A stretch of DNA of 64,000 nt, taken from a virus. Numbering within the stretch: the stretch's first letter is position 1; every line of letters starts with the position of its first letter. The notes under the pieces are model-generated. The model was not told the DNA's origin and ran no database searches. It saw only the letters and a program-made list of their open reading frames with translations. Both the position numbers and the translations under genes were made by a program. This document shows, one piece after another, positions 8,367 to 17,800 of this stretch. The stretch covers positions 32,001-96,000 of IMG/VR virus record IMGVR_UViG_3300045988_174111, one strand, 5' to 3'.

Positions 8367-10367
8367 CTATTCTATATAACTGTAACCGTTTTCCTTCACA
8401 ACGGTGAGAGTGGTTACACCAGCACGAATATTCATGACGTGGCTGATTACATACACAGGATGATGAACATCGCTCATTGACTCAAGTAGAAGAGCCAAGC
8501 CCAACGGGTCTGTCCCCTCAAGAACCTCATCAATCATTAGGAAGTGAAGTCCTCCCCATTGGTTCGTTCCGTTAATCATTTCCTGAAATGCTTGTATCAA
8601 AGCCATTTCAATTCTTGCTCTCTCACCTCCGCTAAACGACCAGAATGATTTATATTCGCCCTCGCCATTGATGACCGATACAGTTATCTCCTCTTTGATT
8701 TTCCCTTTCGCATTACGTTTGAACCCGTCTATTGATAGGCGAAGTTCTGAACGCTGCTTCTGTAAGGACATATTCGCGAAGTTCTGAATTATCCGTAACT
8801 GCTCACAGGCGAGGCTCATCTTGAACTCCTTGAAACGCAATCCCCACTGTACCATGTCTGATACCTGTTTCTCGCACTCTCCGTATTCCTTGTTTGCCTT
8901 TTCGAGTTTCTTTTTCGTCAGGGCAACAAGACCTTCCAGTTCGGCTTCCTTGGTTTCCATTTCAGCCTGTTCAGCCTTTTCAAGATGTTCAACCAACTGT
9001 TCGCTCTCACTGTTACAACGTGATTGAATCCCTTCTTGATGCTTGATATCTTCTTGGTAGGAGGATATCATTTGGTTGCTTCGGGTTATCTCCCCACGGA
9101 TTTTTGTTATCTCCGCTTGAACCTCACGAATGGCTCTAACTGTACCCTGTTCCTGAACACGTATCTTCATGAACTTGTCGTCGTACTTCTTCACTCGTTC
9201 CTCGAATGAGTTAAGTTCTTCCAACGCTGTTTTCGCAAGGTTTTCCTGGGTCTCGGCTTCCTTCTTCTGGCTTTCAATTTTCTTCCGAGTAGTAGGAACA
9301 TCAACCGTTTCATCTGATGTCACGAACTCCGTTCCACACTTCGGACACTTTACAGTTCCTTTCAAGATAGCCGTGAGGCGGTTGGCTTCGGCAGTGTACT
9401 GTGAGGACAGTTCCTGTGCTGCTTTACGCTTCTTCCTCGCTGCCTCTACCTTTGTATCGGTCGAAGAACGTTCTTTCGTTAGAGAGTCATATTGAGCCTT
9501 ATAGTCAATCGCTTCTAATCCCTCTAACTTCTTAGAGGCTTCAGCGACTTTCTTCTGGTTGTCCTTGATACTCTGTTCAGCCAACTTGATAGCCGTCCGG
9601 GAATTCTCAATCTTCTTTTCCGCTCCGTCGTACTCCTGTATGACAGCGTCAATTCGTTCGTTTATACGCTCTATAAGCGATTGTCGTTCCTCCTCAAGAT
9701 TACGTTCTCGCTCCTCAGCCAACTGTGTCTCATAGACGCCCAATTCACCCTCTATCTTCTGAACCTTTCCCAAGGCAACAGCCTTCTTCTCTTCCAACGG
9801 CTTAATCTTCTCTTTGATTACGCTGTCAGAGTCGTCTAACTGTTCAGCCTTAATGAAGCGGTTTATCAACGACAGTTTGTCGGAGTTGGATGACGAAACG
9901 AATGACTTGAAATTCTCCTTGTTAAGGATATAAAAACTCTTCAGGTCTTCCGAGGATATACCTATCCAGTTCAAGATGTAAGCGTTTCCGTCATTGACGG
10001 TTGCTACCTGTACCGAACCCTCTTCCTCATTAATCATGAGTTCCAATGACGCTGAACCTTTCTGTCTCAGGGTTCTATGTATATTCAGCGTTTCTTTCCG
10101 TATCGGGCAGTAGATGTCAAGCCAGATGTCCGCCTCTTCTTCACCCCACAGGATTAAGTCCCTGTCAAGTGTTTGTTTCTTGAGCGAGTTAGCAAGGATT
10201 GCATACGCAATCCCTGCTTCCATCGTACTCTTCCCTGCTCCGTTCGTTTCCTTTGACTCTATCTCCGTCAGGTTCTTTCCCTTGATTAAGACAGGCTCAT
10301 TCACGAACTTATGTTTCAGTTCCTTGAATGACAGGAAATTCTTCAAACGCAAATAGGTGAGTTCCAT
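8367..10367 (-). CDS. Rad50/SbcC-like recombination ATPase (T4 gp46 analogue)
   Basis: 666 aa. Walker A NGAGKSTMEAG, long central coiled coil with a CxxC zinc hook (KCPKCG), signature FSGGERARIEMAL, Walker B FLMIDEVLEG. Confidence 0.85.
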   Translation of the reverse strand: MELTYLRLKNFLSFKELKHKFVNEPVLIKGKNLTEIESKETNGAGKSTMEAGIAYAILANSLKKQTLDRDLILWGEEEADIWLDIYCPIRKETLNIHRTLRQKGSASLELMINEEEGSVQVATVNDGNAYILNWIGISSEDLKSFYILNKENFKSFVSSSNSDKLSLINRFIKAEQLDDSDSVIKEKIKPLEEKKAVALGKVQKIEGELGVYETQLAEERERNLEEERQSLIERINERIDAVIQEYDGAEKKIENSRTAIKLAEQSIKDNQKKVAEASKKLEGLEAIDYKAQYDSLTKERSSTDTKVEAARKKRKAAQELSSQYTAEANRLTAILKGTVKCPKCGTEFVTSDETVDVPTTRKKIESQKKEAETQENLAKTALEELNSFEERVKKYDDKFMKIRVQEQGTVRAIREVQAEITKIRGEITRSNQMISSYQEDIKHQEGIQSRCNSESEQLVEHLEKAEQAEMETKEAELEGLVALTKKKLEKANKEYGECEKQVSDMVQWGLRFKEFKMSLACEQLRIIQNFANMSLQKQRSELRLSIDGFKRNAKGKIKEEITVSVINGEGEYKSFWSFSGGERARIEMALIQAFQEMINGTNQWGGLHFLMIDEVLEGTDPLGLALLLESMSDVHHPVYVISHVMNIRAGVTTLTVVKENGYSYIE

Positions 10368-10368
10368 A

Positions 10369-11331
10369 CTAAATTGTTTTCATGATTTGTTCTTCGATTT
10401 CTTCCGCAAGGTCAATGTCGCTTGAGATTATCTCACGAGCCTTTTCTTGACCCTGTGCCAGCGTCTTTCCTTTGTATTTAAAGAACGAGCCAGCCTTTTC
10501 AATGATTCCCCGTTCAACTCCTACGAGTAACAGTTCCGAAGCCTTATCAATTCCCTCACCGAAGCGAATGTCGAACTCGGCTTTCCTGAACGGAGGCGCA
10601 ACCTTATTCTTCTCAACTTTCACCTTGATGTGGTTAGCGGTTTCTTCGCCACGGTCTCCAACTGTACCCGACTTCGCAATGTCCAACACCTGCGAAGAGT
10701 AGAAGCCAAGAGCCTTTCCTCCTGGAGTAGTCTTCGGTGAACCGTACACCACGCCAATCTTGTCACGATACTGATTGATGAAGATTACCAACTGTTGGTT
10801 CAGTTTAATGTCACCAATCAATCCGGGAAGCCACGTAGCCATAAGCCGAGCCAGCACGCCCATCTTAGCATCACCCACATCGGCTTCCAAATAACATTTA
10901 GGGAACATTGCCGCCACCGAGTCCATCACGATTGCTCCGATTGCTTTCGACTTAACAGCCTCTCTCATGATTTCGAAACATTCTTCCGCAACTCCTGGTT
11001 GGCACAGAATAAACATCTCCGGAGATATGTTCACCCCCAGTGCTTCTACATAATCCATGTCAATTGCGTTCTCACGGTCTATGTAGAGAACCGCTTTGCC
11101 CGTCTGTTCCTGTATGTTCTTACAGGCTGTCAGAGCCAACGTAGTCTTTCCTGAAGACTCGTAGCCACGCAATTCAATGATACGACCCATCGCATAACCG
11201 CCACCAAGTGCCAAGTCGAGCGACAGGCTTCCTGACGATACGAACTCTACTCCTTGAGTATTGTTTCCCGCCACAACTTCTTTGCCGAACTTCTTTTGTA
11301 GGGAGTTCACCAAATCTTCTACTCCTGCCAT
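10369..11331 (-). CDS. recA: RecA-family recombinase
   Basis: 320 aa. GSLSLDLALGGGYAMGRIIELRGYESSGKTTLAL closely mirrors the bacterial RecA N-terminal core. Walker B IVMDSVAAM. Confidence 0.9.
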   Translation of the reverse strand: MAGVEDLVNSLQKKFGKEVVAGNNTQGVEFVSSGSLSLDLALGGGYAMGRIIELRGYESSGKTTLALTACKNIQEQTGKAVLYIDRENAIDMDYVEALGVNISPEMFILCQPGVAEECFEIMREAVKSKAIGAIVMDSVAAMFPKCYLEADVGDAKMGVLARLMATWLPGLIGDIKLNQQLVIFINQYRDKIGVVYGSPKTTPGGKALGFYSSQVLDIAKSGTVGDRGEETANHIKVKVEKNKVAPPFRKAEFDIRFGEGIDKASELLLVGVERGIIEKAGSFFKYKGKTLAQGQEKAREIISSDIDLAEEIEEQIMKTI

Positions 11332-12353
11332 TGCATTACTTCTTTTAATAGTTTATATCCTTCATCATATTCGTAGCCTTTTTCATCGCAAAATGCTTTG
11401 AACTTTTCGGCTATATCTGTTCCGGACAGTTCCTGAACCACTTCGGCTTCCTCAGCCTCCGTGACTTCAACGTCCGTGTACTTTGCTTTCACCGAGATAC
11501 CGTGTTCGGTGAAGACTTTTTTGTTGACAGCCTTAACAGCCTGTTGGTCTCCCACAAGCGTTATCCGAACGTTGATGCCATCTGTGTTCGTTTTAGCGAG
11601 TTTTAATATCTCTTCCTTTGAGGTCTTAAGGACATCAACTTTTATTTCCTTATACGGAACGAATTGAGCCTTTACGAACTCGAAGGACGTATCGCTGTAC
11701 AATACCGTAAATCCCTTCTCCTCATCTTCCCCGAAGTTATTCTGACGGGTACTCGGTAGGTGAAACACGTTGGCTCCTGGTTGCTGAGCGTCATGATAGT
11801 GTCCCAGCATGACCTTTCCGTACTTCGAGAACAGTTTCAACGGAATCTTGTTATTCACGACCTTCCCATCATTATTGATAGAACCCTGTACGGCTGTATG
11901 GCTGAACAGGATTGATATCTTACTCTTCGGAGTAGGTAGTTCAGCGAACTTCTCCAACCATACGTCTTGTGCGTAGAATGGTAAGAAGTGGCATTCAACC
12001 CCTTTCAGGTCTATACACGTAGGAACTTCAAAAAGATTGAAGCCTGGATGATATTTATATGATGTCAAAAAACTTTCGTCAGACTCATAATCAGTTTTAT
12101 CGTGATTCCCAGGAATACAAATCAAAGTAATTTCATTTTCATTGTACAATTCTATCATTTCCGTCAAACACGAAAGAAGTTCCTGTCTTTGACTTAATCT
12201 CGAATCAAATATATCCCCCAGCCATATCACAATGTCAACGCCTTTTTCTTTTGCCAAAGCTATTTCCTGCTCGGCAATATTCATAAGCTCAACTGCATTT
12301 GATTCTTGTAAATGCTTATCCGTACTTATTATTGCGATAGGTTCTTTTCCCAT
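11319..12353 (-). CDS. Mre11/SbcD-like nuclease (T4 gp47 analogue)
   Basis: Phosphoesterase motifs: STDKHL, LGDIFDS, IPGNHDK, FSHTAV, GHYHD. I prefer the ATG at 12353 over the GTG at 12383 in the track, because the extension falls inside an intergenic hairpin. Confidence 0.85.
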   Translation of the reverse strand: MGKEPIAIISTDKHLQESNAVELMNIAEQEIALAKEKGVDIVIWLGDIFDSRLSQRQELLSCLTEMIELYNENEITLICIPGNHDKTDYESDESFLTSYKYHPGFNLFEVPTCIDLKGVECHFLPFYAQDVWLEKFAELPTPKSKISILFSHTAVQGSINNDGKVVNNKIPLKLFSKYGKVMLGHYHDAQQPGANVFHLPSTRQNNFGEDEEKGFTVLYSDTSFEFVKAQFVPYKEIKVDVLKTSKEEILKLAKTNTDGINVRITLVGDQQAVKAVNKKVFTEHGISVKAKYTDVEVTEAEEAEVVQELSGTDIAEKFKAFCDEKGYEYDEGYKLLKEVMQWQE

Positions 12354-12372
12354 AATCGACTTTTTAATTGAA

Positions 12373-12396
12373 AGCCCAGACACACGTGTCTGGGCT
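12373..12396 (-). terminator. GC-rich hairpin between the SSB-like gene and the Mre11-like gene (terminator/attenuator or processing site)
   Basis: AGCCCAGACAC-AC-GTGTCTGGGCT is a near-perfect 24-nt palindrome (10-11 bp stem). On the minus strand it is followed by TTTCAATT. It is the most GC-rich stem I saw in the window. Confidence 0.45.
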
Positions 12397-12408
12397 CATA
12401 TTCAATTA

Positions 12409-13821
12409 TTAATTTGCTTTTTTCTTGTTTCGCATTTCGCGAATACGTTCAATTGCACTTTTGCCTGAAGAGCTTCCCGCATCACTAGGGGGATTTACAC
12501 CCGCAGGAGCTTCTGGTTCAGGCTCTGGCTCTGGGTCTGGGTCATCATCCGTTGTTCCTTCGGCCTCTTCGTCGACACCATCCCATCCAGGAACGTGTTC
12601 AATATCATAGCCAAGGTCTTCATGTTTTAAAGCCAACTGGTAAGCTTCTTCAAGCTCTTCGCCCTCAAGTTCCAAAGCTTCATAGCCATCTCCATACTGA
12701 CGAATAAATTCTTCATTGACCACTTTCAATTTGTCTTCCGGAGTAGGTTCAGCAGCCTTTTTCTTTGTTACAGCCTTTTTCGCCGGAGTCTTGGCAGCTG
12801 GCATAGGTTTTCTAGCAGCTTGCGGTTCCGGAGCTTTTTCTTCTTCCTTGTTCGGGTCAAAAGGTAAATCATCATCCCCAGACGGTGAATCACCTGCTTT
12901 CTCTTCTACCATACCTTGAAGTTCTTCAACCATGTCGAGGAAATCATCCTGTGCGAAAATCTTGTAGGAGTTTGCATCATCAAAACGCTTCAGACCGTCA
13001 AGGGCGAGGTCAAAATCGCGTTTTGTGTACGAATTAACATACAGTTTTTGAAGACTGGGCAAACCTTCCAATTCTTCAAGAATTTTATCAGGTACAGCAT
13101 TTTTTTCAAAATAGTCATCCCAAGTCTGGCCCATTTTCAATGGCAACGACTTAATAGTTTCAACAGTCTTGTTATTGTCGTCTTTTCCGCGACTCCATTG
13201 AATAGGGAAGCCCGTTGTCGGGTCGGAAAACATATCAATCGCTGCAGTATCGTTTTGGGCACACAAATCAGCAGACTCCTTATTCAAGGCTTCCATCTGT
13301 TTTGGTTTCAGGCTGTCACGCCAAATCTTACCCTCAATCAGCGCATAATATACATATTCCAACTGGGGGCGAATTCCTGGAACCCAAGTTCCGTTTTTCC
13401 CACCCATACGATACCCCGTGATAGGATTCAGGAATCGAGCACGTTCATCTTTGTCCTGGATTTGTTCCGCCTGTTCATATACTCTCTTGATGTACTCTTC
13501 GATGATATCGAACGGATAACCGCCATGAAGCGTCGCAAGGAAAATTTTCTTATTAGCAATTTTCTTCCCAGTTACTTTTCCGTCCTTGTCCTTTTCATCG
13601 ACTTCGCATTTCAGCATAGCTGTCAGCATAGGAACATACGGACTATCTCCTGGCTCATGTGCCGGAAGAACACGCTTAATGGTGATACCGTCTTTCTGTT
13701 TCCAAAACTGAGCATAGTCCCCTTTTTGACCATAATAAGTGTCATACTGTTTAGTTTGCTGAACTGTGTCGCTTACTGTAGAAAGTGGCGCGGCTTTCCA
13801 TTTACTTCTGTCTAATGCCAT
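12409..13821 (-). CDS. putative ssDNA-binding protein (gp32-like architecture: globular core plus Lys/Ala-rich linker plus acidic tail)
   Basis: 470 aa, located in the recombination/replication block. C-terminal region: AARKPMPAAKTPAKKAVTKKKAA, then DDDPDPEPEPEPE. Assignment rests on architecture and context only. Confidence 0.35.
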   Translation of the reverse strand: MALDRSKWKAAPLSTVSDTVQQTKQYDTYYGQKGDYAQFWKQKDGITIKRVLPAHEPGDSPYVPMLTAMLKCEVDEKDKDGKVTGKKIANKKIFLATLHGGYPFDIIEEYIKRVYEQAEQIQDKDERARFLNPITGYRMGGKNGTWVPGIRPQLEYVYYALIEGKIWRDSLKPKQMEALNKESADLCAQNDTAAIDMFSDPTTGFPIQWSRGKDDNNKTVETIKSLPLKMGQTWDDYFEKNAVPDKILEELEGLPSLQKLYVNSYTKRDFDLALDGLKRFDDANSYKIFAQDDFLDMVEELQGMVEEKAGDSPSGDDDLPFDPNKEEEKAPEPQAARKPMPAAKTPAKKAVTKKKAAEPTPEDKLKVVNEEFIRQYGDGYEALELEGEELEEAYQLALKHEDLGYDIEHVPGWDGVDEEAEGTTDDDPDPEPEPEPEAPAGVNPPSDAGSSSGKSAIERIREMRNKKKAN

Positions 13822-13845
13822 AAAATTAAAATTTAAAATTATAAA

Positions 13846-14172
13846 TTATTTTGTTGATTTTATTATCCTTGAAACACTTTCAAGGAATTCATTCTCATAA
13901 GTCTTAATAGATTCCATCAATTCAATGATGTCTTCAGCATCCTGACCAGCTATTTTATGAGCAATTAGCTGTAAGGCTCTCGGGAGCGAGCACCCATAAG
14001 CCATATCATCCATCTTTCCATTTGGGTGCCTAGTACTCTCAGATTTTTTAAGTTGATAGACATCATAACTTGACGCATGACTTTCAACGGGTTTTATGTA
14101 AAATTCTTCCGTTACTTTAATATAACCTTTAAATTCTTCCTCTGCACTCAAATAAGCTTGTTTCTTTGACAT
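13846..14172 (-). CDS. hypothetical protein (108 aa)
   Basis: ORF preceded by a promoter-like box at 14210-14217. No motif recognised. Confidence 0.55.
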   Translation of the reverse strand: MSKKQAYLSAEEEFKGYIKVTEEFYIKPVESHASSYDVYQLKKSESTRHPNGKMDDMAYGCSLPRALQLIAHKIAGQDAEDIIELMESIKTYENEFLESVSRIIKSTK

Positions 14173-14209
14173 AATTTCGATTATTAAATTAGACTTAATT
14201 TTTACGCTA

Positions 14210-14217
14210 CAAAGGTA
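14210..14217 (-). promoter_or_regulatory. Bacteroidota-type -7 promoter box (TACCTTTG) with an upstream TTTG
   Basis: The minus strand reads tttcTTTG-19 nt-TACCTTTGTAGCGTA, 37 nt upstream of the ATG at 14172. Near-identical extended box to 6449-6456. Confidence 0.55.
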
Positions 14218-14262
14218 TTGGAAAAATTCGAATTTACAAAGAAATCAACCGATTTTTCTTCA

Positions 14263-14793
14263 TTAAAATCCAACTTTCTTTATAAAGAAAGAATTCACAC
14301 TACCTTCGACAAGCTCATTCAGGAATTCAGTAGGAGTGACGGGCTTCAGCAGATTATTCAATTTCTTTGACTTGTCCTGAACCGCCCATTGAAGTGCATC
14401 TAATACACTGAAATTCTTTTGTGCCTCAATGTATTCTATACACAGTTCTTGATATTTCTCATCAAGCAAAAGAGCTTCATCCAAAGCCTTTTCAGAAAGT
14501 TTTATTTCTTCATCTTCAATTGTAAATTTGCCTCCATTTCGGTTCGCTTCTCTTCGCCATTCCTTTTTTGTTTGAGCCTCATACACATCCTTTTCTAATT
14601 TACATTCAGATACTTTCTTTTCGGCCTCGGCTCTAAGTAGCCCTACTTTATTAAGAAGGGCACTAACTGTAACCGCCTCTCCATATAAGTTACTGTAATC
14701 AATTGACGTCAGTCTATCAATGTCAACGCTATCTTCGAACCCATTAGTAACCAAAGTTACAGGGGTCTCGTTAAAATGTACCAATATATCCAT
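14263..14793 (-). CDS. hypothetical protein (176 aa)
   Basis: ORF in the array immediately downstream of dnaE. Helical, charged composition. Confidence 0.55.
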   Translation of the reverse strand: MDILVHFNETPVTLVTNGFEDSVDIDRLTSIDYSNLYGEAVTVSALLNKVGLLRAEAEKKVSECKLEKDVYEAQTKKEWRREANRNGGKFTIEDEEIKLSEKALDEALLLDEKYQELCIEYIEAQKNFSVLDALQWAVQDKSKKLNNLLKPVTPTEFLNELVEGSVNSFFIKKVGF

Positions 14794-14815
14794 TGTTTTA
14801 TTCCTTTATTCGTAA

Positions 14816-17800
14816 TTATAACGTCAAAGTCACTATATTCGTTTCGAAATTCGCTCTTAAAATATTTGAATCCTTACGATTATCGTATGACAAACAACCA
14901 TTTATAATAATTAAGTTCGAGCGGCTTCCCTCTAAAAGAGATGCCAATTGCTCATATTCCTGTTGAAATATAATGACTTCTAAGAATTCGTAATTTGCCT
15001 CTAAAATCAATCTGCACATAGTGTCACCTTTCCGAGTCTTTTTAATTTCCATATCGGAAACATAACCCGACACAACGACATATCCATTGTTAGGGCGGGA
15101 ATCCGTATCATTACAGTCTTCTACATTCGCAAATTCATAGGCATCCGGGAATTCTGACTTGAATCTTTCAAAGATTTGTTGATAGTCAAAGAAGGCCAAT
15201 CCTGAAACTTGTTTTTGTAGCAAAGCCCACCACCAAGAATCATTTGCGTGTAAATCCGCTCCTGACAGTACAGGGTCGTCGTCTTTTACTTCTGCTTTAA
15301 CCCCTACTAAAAAGTCAACAAGCAAATCAATTCGCTTAGAAATATCAGTAATGCCTTCTAATTTGTCAAATGCCCCTGCCAAAATTAAATTTCGAATAAT
15401 TCTATTATTCACAGCAGAACCTTTCCATTTGTGCCTTGTAATAAAATCATTCAAAGACCAATACTGGCCATTTTCTTTGCGTTCCTTAATAATTTGAGTC
15501 GCGGCTTTTTCTGCGACTTGTTTTACCCCAGTAATTGACCAATATAACGCCTTTTCTTCGAAATTAATCACTACGTCAACATCGGAAACATTAATGTCAA
15601 CTGGGCGAACTGTGCAAACGCCTGTCTTATTTATTTCTGCAATGTATCTTGAGTAATCTGTGTCCAAAGCATATTTAAACGCAACTGACCAATACTCAAT
15701 AGGATAGTGAACCTTTATCCATTGTGAAATATAGCCTGTAATCGCATAGGCAGCAGCGTGGCTTCGGTTGAACAGGTACGTCGAAGCCTTATCAATAGCG
15801 TCCCACACCTTTTCAGAGTATTCCTGGGTGACGTTATAGTTGTCCCGATAGTAAGGGATAAACCGTTCTTTATACTGCTGGAGAGCCTCGTATTTCTTCT
15901 TTACCATCGCTTTACGAACATCATCGGCTTCCACCAATGACAGCCCACCCAACTCACGACAAAGTTGCATGATTTGTTCTTGGTAGCAATTATGGACAAT
16001 TATTCCTCCAACTGTGAAACTATGAATATTTTCGACAGAGATATCATAGACCACCCTCTCCTCATCGTGTACAACTTCCTTCACCCTCCCCCACATATAA
16101 TTCGTAGGAGATTTTCTTGAAATTTTCTTTTTAGAAAGCATTCGATACGGTAAACAATAAAACAAATCTTTCCAAGAAACTGTCAATTTATTCAATCGGG
16201 GGAAAATAGAAGAATGAATCTGATAAGACTGTAAAGCAAAATATATGTCCTCAAGAAGAGAATTATTGCACATCTTCAAAGTATCATTTTTCAGGCACCC
16301 ATCGCCCTCTAATACCCCAGCAATCATATCCAAAGAATAATTACTTGGCAACCTTTTTTCATAGCAATTCTTCAGATAAAGTCCATATTTTTTCAAAAGA
16401 CTATTAAATTTGTTTTCTTGATAATTTTTACTAAAAAATCCATTCGATTTTCCTGAAACAGCTTTAACAGTCACTCTGATAGATTTACCAACATTTCCAG
16501 ATTTTTTCACCTGTGAACGTTCTTTTATTGTAACCTCAAAATCAGAATCTAATTCAAGTAACAATTCCCTTAATCTATTTGCAATTTCAAGATTTGAAAC
16601 TGTAAAATATGGAGAAGAATGCGTCGAAGTTCCTTCCGCAATAAAATACCCAATTAACCAATGCTCAAGTTTTTCCCTCTCCGTCAAGGAGTCAATTCTT
16701 ACAGGCTTTTCAAACCAACATTTTAGTTCATCATTTTTAACAAGATTCTGAGCCTCCACCCATCCACGTTTTGTTAAAATTTTATGGTCTGGAGTACAAA
16801 CAAGTTCCCTCCCAAAGTTAGAACGGACTCTAACTGTTTTCTTAACTCCATTATTTTTTAATAACAAAACTTTCTGAAAAGACCCGTCTTCAGTTTTAAC
16901 CATATCCCCAGGAATAATATCCTGGATTTTCTTAATTCCATTAAGAGTCAAAACTTCAGAATTTTCCGCAATACAGAAAACCCCATAAGTGTTATTAAGA
17001 ATCGATTCCGTTCCAACGAAATATTCTATCTCTTTCTTTCCTTCTTTTCTGACCACAAACTCATTGTGGAAGTTGTTCTCCATTGCTCCCGGACGATACA
17101 AAGAAATCGCTGCAATAAGGTCTTCAATATTATCAGGTTTCATTTGCTTACAATACCCTGTCAGCCCAGAACTTCCGAAGTGAAAATTATCTTCATTCCA
17201 CCCATTCTTAAAGTATCGATATACCTCCTTGTCATCCAAAGGAATACTGAAAATATCCAAGTCCACACCTTCGTGTTCCTTAACTAAACGAACCATATCT
17301 TGGAATTTGTCAAACTGTTTCACTCCAAGAACGTCTTCCTTTAGGAAACCTGCAGCATCCATTTCACCGCCTTCCCATTCAGTCACATATTCATCACCGC
17401 TCTTTCGAATAGGAACCCACCTAAACATGTCATTTTCATCCGGGAATACCATCATTGCACAAGCATGTATTGACTGAGCTTTAGGCGCAGGCATAATAAG
17501 CATTACTTCATTGATAAGGTCTGGGTGGCTCTTAACAAAATTCTTCACTTTCGAATTGGCACATGCAATTTTGAATAAATCTTCAGGTTTTCTGTCTTTA
17601 ACATCAAAAGCCTTCATCATCTCATTCGTAGACTGGAAATCTAGCCCATAAACTCTGGCCATATCCTTAATCGCAGCTCTTAGCTGAAGAGCACTATATG
17701 TTCCGACTGAACAAACCTGATTCCACCCGTATCGTTCTTCCATGTATTTCTTGACACGAGGACGGTCTTCCCCAGGATAGTCACAGTCAATATCAGGAAG

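Noticed and set aside
12354-12383. The GTG-initiated 10-codon N-terminal extension of the Mre11-like ORF, as given in the track.
   Set aside because: The extension is encoded by one arm of the intergenic palindrome. The ATG at 12353 gives the typical Mre11/SbcD N-terminus (MGKEPIAIISTDKHL).
12916-13815. A 299-aa plus-strand ORF, and all other plus-strand ORFs in the track (e.g. 2497-2862, 3260-3670, 10795-11154, 24627-24992, 28919-29299).
   Set aside because: Each lies entirely antisense to a longer minus-strand ORF that has recognisable motifs or fits the tightly packed co-directional array. Their sequences are low-complexity (Phe/Ile/Ser/Leu-rich), as expected for the reverse complement of AT-rich coding DNA. 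No plus-strand promoter or terminator context was seen.
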